Below, one piece after another: positions 40,436 through 50,721 of a stretch of DNA of 64,000 nt (positions within the stretch are counted from its first letter, which is position 1; the number at the start of each line of letters is the position of its first letter). Made by a program: the position numbers and the translations under genes. Source of the stretch: an uncultured Methanosarcinales archaeon. GTDB taxonomy: Archaea; Nanobdellota; Nanobdellia; Woesearchaeales; ARS49. The stretch is taken from contig CAZCCU010000002.1 of NCBI GenBank assembly GCA_964497645.1, forward strand, positions 3,525 to 67,524, read 5' to 3'. The notes beneath the pieces were generated by a model that had not been told where the DNA came from, did not search any database, and saw only the letters and a program-made list of their open reading frames with translations.

Positions 40436-40617
40436 AGACCCACGAAAGTAGAAGGAATATTTAAAGATTTACCCGATTGCCGGCAGTGAAGAGGTGAAAA
40501 GAAACCTCTGTAAATAAACCTCATTATGTACCCATGACTGCCTATTGCCAATATTCATTTCAAGCTTTAACATTGCGTAAGAAGGCAGGGTTTTTCTATC
40601 GGTTCTAAAATGAAGCA

Positions 40618-40992
40618 TTACTTGTTTTTTCGTGCGGTGTGCTTCAGAAGCCATACTGAACAGGCAAGGTTCGTTGCTGCCGCTATTAAGAGAATCGCCC
40701 AGAAAGTGCTGAAGTTGAATAGCATTCGTCCATAGATTGCGAGTATTGCTACGGAAATAATGATGTTCGCAACAAAAGCCAGTTTTTTGTCAAGTATTGT
40801 TCCAATAATAGTTGCAATCATGATGATTCCGAAAGCCAGAGCTATTCCTGTATATTTATCACAATTAAAAATTTCTCCACGGAATCCCTGAACAGCATTG
40901 CAGGAGTACGCCGCAGCACCATTGAGTAAGAGCATTAATATTGCAAGTATTATCAACGAAATGCTTGCAAGAACTTTGCACAATTCTTTCAT
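40618..40992 (-). CDS. four-TM membrane protein
   Basis: Hydrophobic helices; TATA upstream. Confidence 0.6.
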   Translation of the reverse strand: MKELCKVLASISLIILAILMLLLNGAAAYSCNAVQGFRGEIFNCDKYTGIALAFGIIMIATIIGTILDKKLAFVANIIISVAILAIYGRMLFNFSTFWAILLIAAATNLACSVWLLKHTARKNK

Positions 40993-41073
40993 TTGACGTT
41001 TAAAAACTCACTTTATTTATATAATTAACGTCTATCACCTTCTTGAACGATTTATTGATTGTTCGCCCTAAAA

Positions 41074-41856
41074 TCAGCCGCCCGCGCTCGTATATTTCTT
41101 CATCGCGGAATTCCACAACAGCAATGAGCAGCCAAAATAAAGAACCACTGGAATAAGATATAACAACATCTTTGGCGTAAAGCCCTCGATAAGTATTTGC
41201 GCAGGAACATAACTGCTAACCGCCACCGGAAACAGGAAAATCAGGAAAAACTTGATGCCGACCCCATAAACGTTCAACGGGTAACGAGCAAAGTCAGTCA
41301 GCTTGGAATGCAAATGCAATAACGCCTCGCTCTTAACAGCAATAAAACCCAGTGAAGCAATAAAGATCTGCGAAGCGACAATCACTGAAGTGCCGGCAAG
41401 CACGAAAAACAAGTACATCAGCATGGCAAGGCTAAACACCGCAATCCCCAGCTCGCCCATGGAATAAATCACGATAATCAAGCCAGCCAACACTTCAACA
41501 AGACCATACTGGTCAACAGTCAAAGCCATAATGTACAACAAAGCAGAATAAGGCTTCAGCAAATACTGGTCAAAATTACCCCAGTTAATCGCGTCAAGAA
41601 CCCACCACGAAAAAGCATAAGAAATCGTGCGAGCCAAGCCGAAAATCATGATCAACGTGCCCTGGAATAACAACAACTGCGGCAAAGACCAGCCAGGAAT
41701 ACCCTTAGACGAAGTATAAATGAAGATAGACGTCAAAGGCATCAACAAATCAGAAAAGGCAGTGGAAAGAGCCTTGATGAAAAAATCACCCTTGTACGCA
41801 AAATCACGAAGCAACCAAATCTTCATACATCTCCATAGCAGCTTAAGATATTTCAT
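41074..41856 (-). CDS. ABC-2 type transporter permease (DUF990-like)
   Basis: G.FD.YLLKP, YP..VY, C-terminal YTSAGG. Confidence 0.85.
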   Translation of the reverse strand: MKYLKLLWRCMKIWLLRDFAYKGDFFIKALSTAFSDLLMPLTSIFIYTSSKGIPGWSLPQLLLFQGTLIMIFGLARTISYAFSWWVLDAINWGNFDQYLLKPYSALLYIMALTVDQYGLVEVLAGLIIVIYSMGELGIAVFSLAMLMYLFFVLAGTSVIVASQIFIASLGFIAVKSEALLHLHSKLTDFARYPLNVYGVGIKFFLIFLFPVAVSSYVPAQILIEGFTPKMLLYLIPVVLYFGCSLLLWNSAMKKYTSAGG

Positions 41857-42656
41857 ACGCCCACACTCGAGTACAACTTATACGCCCGCTTCCATACTAT
41901 GTAAATAAGTCCGTATAAAGCAGCAATCCAGAACAATTGAACTCCAAGCGCTCTCAACACTTCCGCATTCGAAATAGTGCCGAGATAAATCGTAATCGGC
42001 ACGAACCTCGTGCTTTCAAAAGGCAAATAATGGAGCGCAGACTGCGCCCATTCAGGAAACAAAGTCAGCGGGATAAAACTGCCACCAAGAAAACCAAGCA
42101 CAACCCTGCGAACTCTCCTCAAACCAGTAATCTTCTTCAGCCAGAACGCAGACAATCCCAAAAGGAAAGTCATGCCGTAATAAATGAAAAATGCCAAAAG
42201 CAAAGAGATAAGGAACGCGATGAAGTTAAAGGCAGGAGCGATACCAAGACCGAAGAACACAAAACCAATAATGAAAACAGGAATCATCTGCCAGATGATG
42301 TTCATAATGTTGATCCCAATCTCAAAAAACATGTACCACGATATAAAAGAGACAGGCCTCAACAAGCCCGAAATAGTACTGCCGTGAAGCAAATCCATCT
42401 CAACCCACTTATCGACCTCAGACCAGGTGAAAAAACCAACAATCATGCTCAGCACATAATAGTTAATCATCTGCTGAAGAGTAAAACCACGAATGACTTC
42501 CTGCCCGGTATAAGAGTAGACCGACGTCCACAGAAAATAATAGATGATTAGCGAGATGGGAACACTCAGCAAGCCCACAACAAATTCAAACCTATACGTA
42601 CTCCAAATCTTTATGCCCTTCTTTGCAATAGCCCAATGCGCATAAATACCGCTCAT
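41853..42656 (-). CDS. ABC-2 type transporter permease (DUF990-like)
   Basis: G.I...LLRP, GS.IPL.LFP, LPF. Confidence 0.85.
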   Translation of the reverse strand: MSGIYAHWAIAKKGIKIWSTYRFEFVVGLLSVPISLIIYYFLWTSVYSYTGQEVIRGFTLQQMINYYVLSMIVGFFTWSEVDKWVEMDLLHGSTISGLLRPVSFISWYMFFEIGINIMNIIWQMIPVFIIGFVFFGLGIAPAFNFIAFLISLLLAFFIYYGMTFLLGLSAFWLKKITGLRRVRRVVLGFLGGSFIPLTLFPEWAQSALHYLPFESTRFVPITIYLGTISNAEVLRALGVQLFWIAALYGLIYIVWKRAYKLYSSVGV

Positions 42657-43636
42657 TCTCTGTAAATCTTCCTGATTATTTCCTCAATAGGAGGATCGGC
42701 AACAGTGATGTCAGCAACATCAAAATTCTTGAGCAGGTAGTTAATCAAGTCCTGGACTGGCGCTTTTTTCGTGTTAAGCTCTATCTTAATCTGGTAATCT
42801 TGCTTGTCAATAACCTTGCAGCCTTTGAACTTGAACGTGCGGATTTTATCACCGAACTTCACCTCGATATGCTTGTCAGTGAAGTACTTCTTTTTGATGT
42901 CCTCCAACGGGCCGTCGTAAATAATCCTGCCATGATTAATGATGATAATTCTCTTGCACAACTTCTCAATATCCTGCATGTCATGCGTGGTGATAATGAA
43001 CGTTGTTTTTTGCTCCCTGTTGATTTTTAAGATAAAATCTCTTAGTTTGTCTTTGGCAATGACATCCAAGCCAATGCTCGGCTCGTCAAGAAAAACAAGC
43101 CTAGGATAATGAAGCAAGGCATTAATCACTTCACAACGCATGCGCTCTCCTAATGAAAGCTCTCGCACTGGAGACTTCATGATTTCCTGCACTTCCAACA
43201 TCTTAACCATAAAGTTCAACCGCTTAGAAAAATCAGGCTCTGGAACATCATACAAGTCTTTATTTATGTAGAATGAGTCAATTGGAGGAAGGTCCCAAAT
43301 CATCTGAGACTTCTGACCAAACACTACTCCGATATTCGCCACGTACTTGATCCTATTCTCCCACGGAACCATTCCCAATACATTGGCTTCACCGCCATCA
43401 GGCCATAAAAGACCAGAAAGAATCTTGATCAAAGTAGACTTGCCAGCACCATTCGGACCAATAAGGCCAACAATCTCGCCTTCCTGCACTTCCAAGCTGA
43501 CTTTCTTCAAAGCGTCCTTTATAGTATACTCTCTGCTAAAAAGAGACTTAACAGCTTCAAGCACTCCCTGACCGCGCTTGTAAACCTTGAAAGTCTTGCG
43601 CAAGTCCTTAACACTAATAGCCGGCATACTCACCAC
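42653..43636 (-). CDS. ABC transporter ATP-binding protein
   Basis: GPNGAGKST, LSLGE, LDEP, TTH. Confidence 0.95.
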   Translation of the reverse strand: MVSMPAISVKDLRKTFKVYKRGQGVLEAVKSLFSREYTIKDALKKVSLEVQEGEIVGLIGPNGAGKSTLIKILSGLLWPDGGEANVLGMVPWENRIKYVANIGVVFGQKSQMIWDLPPIDSFYINKDLYDVPEPDFSKRLNFMVKMLEVQEIMKSPVRELSLGERMRCEVINALLHYPRLVFLDEPSIGLDVIAKDKLRDFILKINREQKTTFIITTHDMQDIEKLCKRIIIINHGRIIYDGPLEDIKKKYFTDKHIEVKFGDKIRTFKFKGCKVIDKQDYQIKIELNTKKAPVQDLINYLLKNFDVADITVADPPIEEIIRKIYRE

Positions 43637-43653
43637 TTTTTTCCTTCTGCCTA

Positions 43654-44634
43654 TTAAGAACTACTTAAAGGTTGTGGGCGCTTTTTAATACCGACGGCAA
43701 CATCACGCAAGTTAATCAATAATTCGTAAGCAAACCCGATCTTTGCAATCGAAGCAGAATCCAAACCATTGCCTTTGAACGACCGCTTCTCAATCTCATA
43801 AAACTTTTCGCGCAGCCTAATAATTTCCATGTAATCCTCCTCTTTTCCATGAATAAAGAACTGGCTGCACGCGTCAACCGCTTTCTTAATATCATTAAGA
43901 AGAATAAAAACATCATTGCTTACCTTCTTAGCGCCTGTCTTCGCCAAAATCATAGGAATCATGTAAATCTGGTCTCCCACCAATTCCAACTGCACCAATG
44001 CAGCGTACAACTCGTTCCCAACCTTAACGTCCTTATGCCCTTTCTTGTTCAAAATGCGCATGCAAAAATTGCAAAACTTGTTAACACCGCGGTCATACAG
44101 CCAAACATCCTTCAACTGGTCCGGCTTCATCGTTCGCAAAGCTTCCAGCGCCTGCTCAACCTGGTCCTGCAATCTGAAAAATATTTTTCTAAAAGCAGCA
44201 TCAAACTCCTCCTCAAGGCCCTCACTAAACTGCTTAATTATGAACAAGTTCGGAGAAGACTTCTCAATCTCCATGCCAAACAATTCTGTTGTGACAAGAT
44301 TCTCAATCTCCTCTTTCATGCTCACCTTGCGCTGAGTGCGTGAATGAACCAGCATCACATTTTCATACTCAACCTCGATTGTTTCAGCACCCATACGATA
44401 CGCTTCTGCAATATTACGGCGCAATTGAGTGATAGTGAGCCCGCGCGCGTCAATAAGCACAACTTTCTGAGAAACAGGGCCTTTCTTCGCGTTTAGAACA
44501 ATAGTGCTGCCATTCTCATCAACATCAAGCTCGTCCCCAGCCTTCAAGCCATACTGCTTAATCCATGATGCAGGAAGCGTGACGGTAAAAGAACCATGTT
44601 CTCTGTCCCCCTGCCGTATCAATTTACGCTTCAT
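43654..44634 (-). CDS. AbrB-like DNA-binding / PhoU-domain regulator
   Basis: RKL...S..VTLP..W....L..GDEL; PhoU-like D..VN.F and LE.VGD. Confidence 0.82.
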   Translation of the reverse strand: MKRKLIRQGDREHGSFTVTLPASWIKQYGLKAGDELDVDENGSTIVLNAKKGPVSQKVVLIDARGLTITQLRRNIAEAYRMGAETIEVEYENVMLVHSRTQRKVSMKEEIENLVTTELFGMEIEKSSPNLFIIKQFSEGLEEEFDAAFRKIFFRLQDQVEQALEALRTMKPDQLKDVWLYDRGVNKFCNFCMRILNKKGHKDVKVGNELYAALVQLELVGDQIYMIPMILAKTGAKKVSNDVFILLNDIKKAVDACSQFFIHGKEEDYMEIIRLREKFYEIEKRSFKGNGLDSASIAKIGFAYELLINLRDVAVGIKKRPQPLSSS

Positions 44635-44769
44635 ACAGTACGAAATAACTGTTCGAATATATAAATTTTTATATTAGTAATATAATTAATATCGGTTAGA
44701 TATAAATATGCAGCTTCTTATACCTTACTAACGGGTACGGGTGGTAGTTGAACATCCGCACTTGGTACA

Positions 44770-47700
44770 TTGGAGGTCGGTTTGACAAAAGCACGCATTC
44801 CATTGTTACCAATAAAAGGGGGACTTGGGGTTCTTACGCTATTTTTGATACTTCTAATAGCATGCACACAAGCAGACATAATAGCAAAGCCAACAAAACT
44901 CGCAGAACAGATACCTCCAGTACAGGAATTGAGCCAAGAGTCTGAACTGGAGAAAGCAACAGCAGTATCTCCTGTAACTGCGGCAATATCACTAGACGAG
45001 CCAAAACCCAAAATAGATCCAAAACTCGTCGAAGAGCTAAAAGAGCTCAAAAGGCAGAAAAAACACCAACGAGTCAGAGTACTTCTAGAAGCAACAGATG
45101 AAGAATCACTGGAAAGAGTAAGAGAAGCAGTCAAACGAGCAGGAGGAACAGTATATGAAAGCTTCAGCATAGGCGACATTGCAGTAGCAGAACTGCATTC
45201 AGACAAAATAGAGGAAGTCGTCCAAGCAGCAGGCGTGGAACAAATATCAGCAGAAAAAGAATATGTTGCTTTACTGCAAGACAGAATACCAGCGTTTTCT
45301 ATAGATACAGCATGGTCGAATAATATAACCGGAAAAAACGTCAAAATAGCGATACTCGACACAGGAATAGGACCTCACGACGACATTATCGTAGCAGCGG
45401 GACAATCATTCGTATCCGGAGAAGACACAGCAGACCAAAGCGGGCACGGAACACACGTAGCAGGAATAGCGCAAGGCATAGCCAAAGACGCGGTAATTTA
45501 CAATGCAAAAGTATTGAACAAGAACGGCGCTGGAACAACATCACAAATTCTCGCGGGAATAAACTGGGCAGTAGAACAGGACGTTGACATCATTTCTATG
45601 AGCTTTGGAGGAATGTTCACTGAATTAGACGGGCCACTTTCTTCTGCAGTCAAAGAAGCAATACAGAACGGAGTAATATTTGTTGTAGCGTCAGGAAACT
45701 GCAAACAAGGCTGCGGAGGATTTTATGGAGTTACAACACCAGGCAATGTAAAGGAAGTAATAACGGTTGGAGCGGTGGACGATAATAACGTTGTAGCTAG
45801 CTTCTCTTCAGGAGATACCTTTGATGGATACATCAAGCCGGATTTAGTAGCACCAGGAATAGACATCACCTCTGCCTGGCTGAACAACGGAGAAAAAACA
45901 GTCAGCGGAACCTCAATGAGCACGCCGTTCGTAGCAGGAGTAACCGCATTATTACTCGAGAAAGAGCCAGGATTGACGCACGAACAGGTAAAGCAGAGAC
46001 TGGAAAGCACGGCGACGGATCTGGGGGACGCGGGGAAGGATGAGAGGTACGGGGTAGGGCTAATAAGTGTGCCAAAATTAATTCAACCAGACCTAATTGT
46101 CAATCAGACCATTCAAAATTACACTGAAGTCTCCAGGACCAGAAACCTAAGCGAAATGCTCCCTTACGTGCTTACCAATTATACTGTATTGTATGAAGAA
46201 GGTAATCGCGGCAGCTATCAGTACACTACAATAGAGGGAGATAATGTTACTGTAAGCTTTTCTATCAGCAAACCAGAAAATTCAACAGAACTTGCCACAC
46301 AAATGCAATTGCCTTCTCAAGTTGAACCAAGCGACTCTGTGCCAGCCATTTTGGAATTCCTGGCAGGAGACAGGCCACCGCAAAGCACACCGCCTACATA
46401 TTTGACATTTGAAATAAGAGATACAGCTGGCGCTTTAGAAGGAATCCCACCGAGCTATACCATAACGCAATTCTTCAGAGACTTGCTTTATTCTGCAGAT
46501 CCAAGTGATATTGTCACGATTGGAATAATATTCACCGCGCCGAGCAGCTATGAAACATTCACAGCATATGCGTATATGTGGAACTTTCTTGTGGCTGATC
46601 CTGTCATGATTGATATCGATTCAGGAGGAAAAAGCTTTGACGTGGTATCAAATGCTAATCCATTTGATGAATGCGACAGAGATAGCGAATGTCCAGACGA
46701 CAGGTGGCGCGGCGGAACATACTGCCAAGATGGAGACATATATCAAGATTACAGAGACTGGTATTGCCTTGGAGCGTCAACAAGATATTCAAGCTGTGAA
46801 GTTGATACCTATCCCCGAAAGAAAGAGGAATGCGGAAGCAACGAATGCTGGAATGATCAATGTATTCCTCCATGCCAAGATGCAGACAAAGATGGCATCG
46901 GCTTGGCTTTCCCCTGCCCGATATTCGGTGACTGCGACGACAATGATGCAACTGTTTATGGCGGAGCTCCAGAACTGTGCGATGGCAAAGATAATGATTG
47001 TGATGCGTCAATTGACGAGGGCCTAGCAGACCTACCAGAGCTCTGCGACAATAACTTAGACGACAATTGTGACGGCCACATCAATGAAAACTGTCCATGC
47101 GGGAAAAACAGTGACTGCTTTCCTGGAATGGCGTGCGAGTTTGAATGGTACTCGGGAACCTGCCAGCCACTATCATGCACAAACAGATGCACGCCAGGAA
47201 CTTACACGTGTTCTTCAGGCTCGATATATGAATGCAAGGACAGCAACGGAGACGGCTGTACAGAACAGGTTTACAGAACATTCTGCGGATCAGGCAGATG
47301 CCAAAACGGACAATCAAATTGCCTGACAACATCATCTGTTGTTGTAAGAATAGAGGAATCAGAGGGCTCCATATACGTTCAACCAGGAGATGCAATCACT
47401 GTAAGCTTATATCCATCAGGAACTCAGACAGTCCAGCTCGAATATTCCTCAATATTCAGTCTGAACACGAGCACTTGTTCAAATAGCGCGTTCTCAATCA
47501 GCTCAAAAAAAGAGTGCAGATTCCAAGTAAGCCCGACAGCAGCGCGCGGAAGATATCATATTGGGGTAAACAGTGGAGACCGCAAATATATACTCGTGCG
47601 CACCAATCCAAACATGCTTATTCTGACAAACAAGGACAAACTGCGCGAGCTATACAAGGACACCAGCGGTGTAAACTCACTTCTTAGACAGACATATGCT

Positions 47701-49809
47701 TACGCAAACGAACACGTGGCAGTTGTATACGACCTGATGGACTACATTTCCAACCATCCATGGGCGTCCTTCGATGAGTATAAGGAAACATACACCGATC
47801 AGGAGCATGAAGACAACACATACGCGCTTGAGGCATCAGAATTCGTACAGGACAAGTGCAATGGTTGCTCGGACACGCTCGTATTAGGAGACGATTTTGT
47901 AGTACCACATTACAGACGCAAAATAGACATAAGCACGTGGTTCGGACTTTCAGAAACCACCCAAGAACTTTATTCCGATATAGCATACGTAAAAAGGACA
48001 ACCAAGGACTTCGCAGAATTTGAAGAATTGTTCTACCAATCTGACAATTTCGATGGAAAAAATGTGCTGATAATACTGCCGGACAATGTTGACAGCGCAA
48101 AAAGGGAGCAAATTAACAAGCTCAAAAATTTCCTCGAGAATCACCCAGAAATCCAAGCAGATGTGAGCCAGCGTGATGGAAATGATGCAGAGTGCAACTC
48201 GCATCTTGCGTTCTCATACTATGACGGGCACACCGTGATAGTCATAGGCTCTGAAGAAACAAACAAAGCACTGCAGTGCTTCCCATTTGTAATTGAAAAC
48301 ACCCTTGAAACATTAACAATCGAGCGAAACCCATGGGACGGTAGAGGGTATGCGGTTGTAGTGAACAGCGACAACACGGATGTTTTGACGCTTTTTAATG
48401 ATATATTAGAAAAAGAGACTTACAAAAATCTGACCTCCTCAGGCTGGCTCGTGGCCAGAACAGCCGCAAATGTAGGAGCTGGAGTGGCGATAGGCTCTGT
48501 AGTCATTGCATCAGGAGGAACGGCTTCAATTGCTTTGCTTGCAGTAGGCACTGGCGCAAGCATTGCAACAGATGCTATCGATGGCGCGGAGTGTCTGAAA
48601 TTTGCCGGAGGGCAATGCACAGAATTCGCAGTAGGATTGCTTCTTCCATTCGGAGTGGACAAAATAGGAAAACCATTCTTGAAAGGCGCAATCGACATTT
48701 TCGGCCCAAAACTCAGGTATGCGTACACTGCGCTTGGGGAGAACATAATCGGCTTTCTCAAAAAAATGGGGAAGAGAGGACACTTGAAGTTCGGCAGCGG
48801 CTATCATTCAGTTCTAAAACTAATTAATGATCGCGTGGACGACCCCATTTCAGGCCCTCTTGTTGAATACTTGGCTAAATCTGGAGACGAGTTCACCACT
48901 TTCATCTCAAAGACTGGGGAAACAAACCCAACCCGCGCCTTGAGCATCCTAAAGACAGCGCACACTATGAAATTGGATTCTGCACAACTCAAAATCATAG
49001 CTGAACAAAGAGGCATTTCACAAAAAACGCTATTGAAGTATGTTGACGGACTTGATGATGTCATCAAACTTGCGTATCACGAACAAACTCATTATGCGTC
49101 AGGCCAACTGAGGCCGCTGATGAGAGGAATTTCTGATATAACAGGCACTACAGACGAAATATTGAACGCGGTTGAGGGAGGGTTTGCCAAAACCGGCGCA
49201 AAAACCGGCGGTTTTGATTTTGCGAGGCACATCGGCTCGGGCGGAGACACTGAGCAAGCTGTAACAAGCTTCGCGCATGATTTGGGAGTTGCATATCATT
49301 TCGCAGCAGAGAAAGGTAAAGGAGCCGGCATTATTCTGGTGTATGATCCGAGAATGGCAACCATGGTGGATTCTCAGGCATCACTCAAAGCACTCGATGG
49401 AGCCGTGCCAGGCGCAGAAGTCAAGATGTATAAGTCAACAACGTCAAAGACGGTGGAGGAAGTATACACGGATGCATTGGGCAACAATGAAGCAAATCTA
49501 CTCGGAAGGCCAAATATTGAGCACGTGGTTGGCTGGTATGAAGTCTGGAAAAATTCAGATGGGGCATTTGCAAAGAAGTTTGTTCCAAATCCAAAATATG
49601 TAGGAATTCAAAGCGAATGGGATCACATCAAGAGCATTGATAGTGTTAAGCAGTTGTATTTGGACAACGGAATCAGCAATTATAACACTCTAGTGGAGCG
49701 TACGAAAGAACTTGCCCGCAGACATGGAAATGAACTGGATCCTGCGGACCTCCCCATCTTTAATGAAATGAACGGCAATACTGATTTATGGCCTAGAGAG
49801 GTGGGCTAA
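44770..49809 (+). CDS. exported S8 subtilase fused to Cys-rich repeats, a C25-like N-domain and a C-terminal ADP-ribosyltransferase toxin domain
   Basis: Signal peptide; I9-like prodomain; DTG/HGTHVAG/GTSMS triad; DCDD..PELCDGKDNDCD repeats; LVLGDDFVVP; hydrophobic hairpin; MRG...VTSF...NNE..GWYEV..FVPNPKY. Start may be TTG 44782 (GGAGGT RBS). Confidence 0.8.
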   Translation: MEVGLTKARIPLLPIKGGLGVLTLFLILLIACTQADIIAKPTKLAEQIPPVQELSQESELEKATAVSPVTAAISLDEPKPKIDPKLVEELKELKRQKKHQRVRVLLEATDEESLERVREAVKRAGGTVYESFSIGDIAVAELHSDKIEEVVQAAGVEQISAEKEYVALLQDRIPAFSIDTAWSNNITGKNVKIAILDTGIGPHDDIIVAAGQSFVSGEDTADQSGHGTHVAGIAQGIAKDAVIYNAKVLNKNGAGTTSQILAGINWAVEQDVDIISMSFGGMFTELDGPLSSAVKEAIQNGVIFVVASGNCKQGCGGFYGVTTPGNVKEVITVGAVDDNNVVASFSSGDTFDGYIKPDLVAPGIDITSAWLNNGEKTVSGTSMSTPFVAGVTALLLEKEPGLTHEQVKQRLESTATDLGDAGKDERYGVGLISVPKLIQPDLIVNQTIQNYTEVSRTRNLSEMLPYVLTNYTVLYEEGNRGSYQYTTIEGDNVTVSFSISKPENSTELATQMQLPSQVEPSDSVPAILEFLAGDRPPQSTPPTYLTFEIRDTAGALEGIPPSYTITQFFRDLLYSADPSDIVTIGIIFTAPSSYETFTAYAYMWNFLVADPVMIDIDSGGKSFDVVSNANPFDECDRDSECPDDRWRGGTYCQDGDIYQDYRDWYCLGASTRYSSCEVDTYPRKKEECGSNECWNDQCIPPCQDADKDGIGLAFPCPIFGDCDDNDATVYGGAPELCDGKDNDCDASIDEGLADLPELCDNNLDDNCDGHINENCPCGKNSDCFPGMACEFEWYSGTCQPLSCTNRCTPGTYTCSSGSIYECKDSNGDGCTEQVYRTFCGSGRCQNGQSNCLTTSSVVVRIEESEGSIYVQPGDAITVSLYPSGTQTVQLEYSSIFSLNTSTCSNSAFSISSKKECRFQVSPTAARGRYHIGVNSGDRKYILVRTNPNMLILTNKDKLRELYKDTSGVNSLLRQTYAYANEHVAVVYDLMDYISNHPWASFDEYKETYTDQEHEDNTYALEASEFVQDKCNGCSDTLVLGDDFVVPHYRRKIDISTWFGLSETTQELYSDIAYVKRTTKDFAEFEELFYQSDNFDGKNVLIILPDNVDSAKREQINKLKNFLENHPEIQADVSQRDGNDAECNSHLAFSYYDGHTVIVIGSEETNKALQCFPFVIENTLETLTIERNPWDGRGYAVVVNSDNTDVLTLFNDILEKETYKNLTSSGWLVARTAANVGAGVAIGSVVIASGGTASIALLAVGTGASIATDAIDGAECLKFAGGQCTEFAVGLLLPFGVDKIGKPFLKGAIDIFGPKLRYAYTALGENIIGFLKKMGKRGHLKFGSGYHSVLKLINDRVDDPISGPLVEYLAKSGDEFTTFISKTGETNPTRALSILKTAHTMKLDSAQLKIIAEQRGISQKTLLKYVDGLDDVIKLAYHEQTHYASGQLRPLMRGISDITGTTDEILNAVEGGFAKTGAKTGGFDFARHIGSGGDTEQAVTSFAHDLGVAYHFAAEKGKGAGIILVYDPRMATMVDSQASLKALDGAVPGAEVKMYKSTTSKTVEEVYTDALGNNEANLLGRPNIEHVVGWYEVWKNSDGAFAKKFVPNPKYVGIQSEWDHIKSIDSVKQLYLDNGISNYNTLVERTKELARRHGNELDPADLPIFNEMNGNTDLWPREVG

Positions 49810-50721
49810 ATGGAGATACATCTTGGTTCATTAAATGCAGGTGCTCCGAGACCAAAAGTCAATCAGACAGACGAACTAAAGCGAGCTCCAAGCGAAATAC
49901 TCTCGTGGCCACAGTCACATGGGTATATCAAAGGTCCAATAGAATTCAACATTCTCTGTGATCTAGTCCTAAAGGACATGCGTGCTGGCAGCTATCAGGA
50001 ACTTCTTCATAGATGCATAAAGGAAGGTCACTTGCCTTCTGAAGAGAAACCAACCTATATTCTGCTAACTAACGGGACATTCAAATTTACTACTTCTGCC
50101 ACAAGATTTTCAATTTCTATCATAGATTATACCCAGTACGAAGCTGCCTGCGAGGGAATTTTCGATATTCTAAAAGTCCTTACTGAACATGATTTGATCA
50201 GCAAGTTCCAGATTAGTCCTACCTATTTCCCGATCTACGATCATGGAAAACTCATATACTATGTAATACGCCATATTATTCCGCATTATGATACATACAG
50301 TGCATTTGACAAGAATTTCGACAAGTTTGAAAATTGTTTCAAACATCGCGCCAAGAACGGCCAGCTTATTTTCATGTTCAGATACGAAGATCCAATAAAA
50401 CTTTCAAACATTCCAAAAAAATACCTCGACACCATCGATCTCAAAATTGAAAATGTCCCATACCCAGAGCCAGTATATATTGCACAATTCAGGCAGGACA
50501 AACTTTACAAATACTTAGTACACGTTGGCGAAATGGGTGATCATCTAGGAAGGCACTGGCAACGTGATACAAAAATCATTCTGACTGTTGACAATGTTGA
50601 AGACGTTGCCAGCGCAATTGAGCACAAACTCGCCTTGTTCGGATTCAAAATTGAGAACTTTGAACAATTCAAACAAAAAATACATGAAGCTGGAAAAAAG
50701 GTGCTTATCAGTGAAGCATAA
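49810..50721 (+). CDS. putative immunity protein
   Basis: ATG directly abuts the toxin stop (TAA ATG); no signal peptide; no recognisable family. Confidence 0.55.
   Translation: MEIHLGSLNAGAPRPKVNQTDELKRAPSEILSWPQSHGYIKGPIEFNILCDLVLKDMRAGSYQELLHRCIKEGHLPSEEKPTYILLTNGTFKFTTSATRFSISIIDYTQYEAACEGIFDILKVLTEHDLISKFQISPTYFPIYDHGKLIYYVIRHIIPHYDTYSAFDKNFDKFENCFKHRAKNGQLIFMFRYEDPIKLSNIPKKYLDTIDLKIENVPYPEPVYIAQFRQDKLYKYLVHVGEMGDHLGRHWQRDTKIILTVDNVEDVASAIEHKLALFGFKIENFEQFKQKIHEAGKKVLISEA

Noticed and set aside
50588..50710. Listed start of the 1394-aa ORF
   Set aside because: Overlaps the upstream gene by 134 nt; GTG 50711 has an RBS and a signal peptide.
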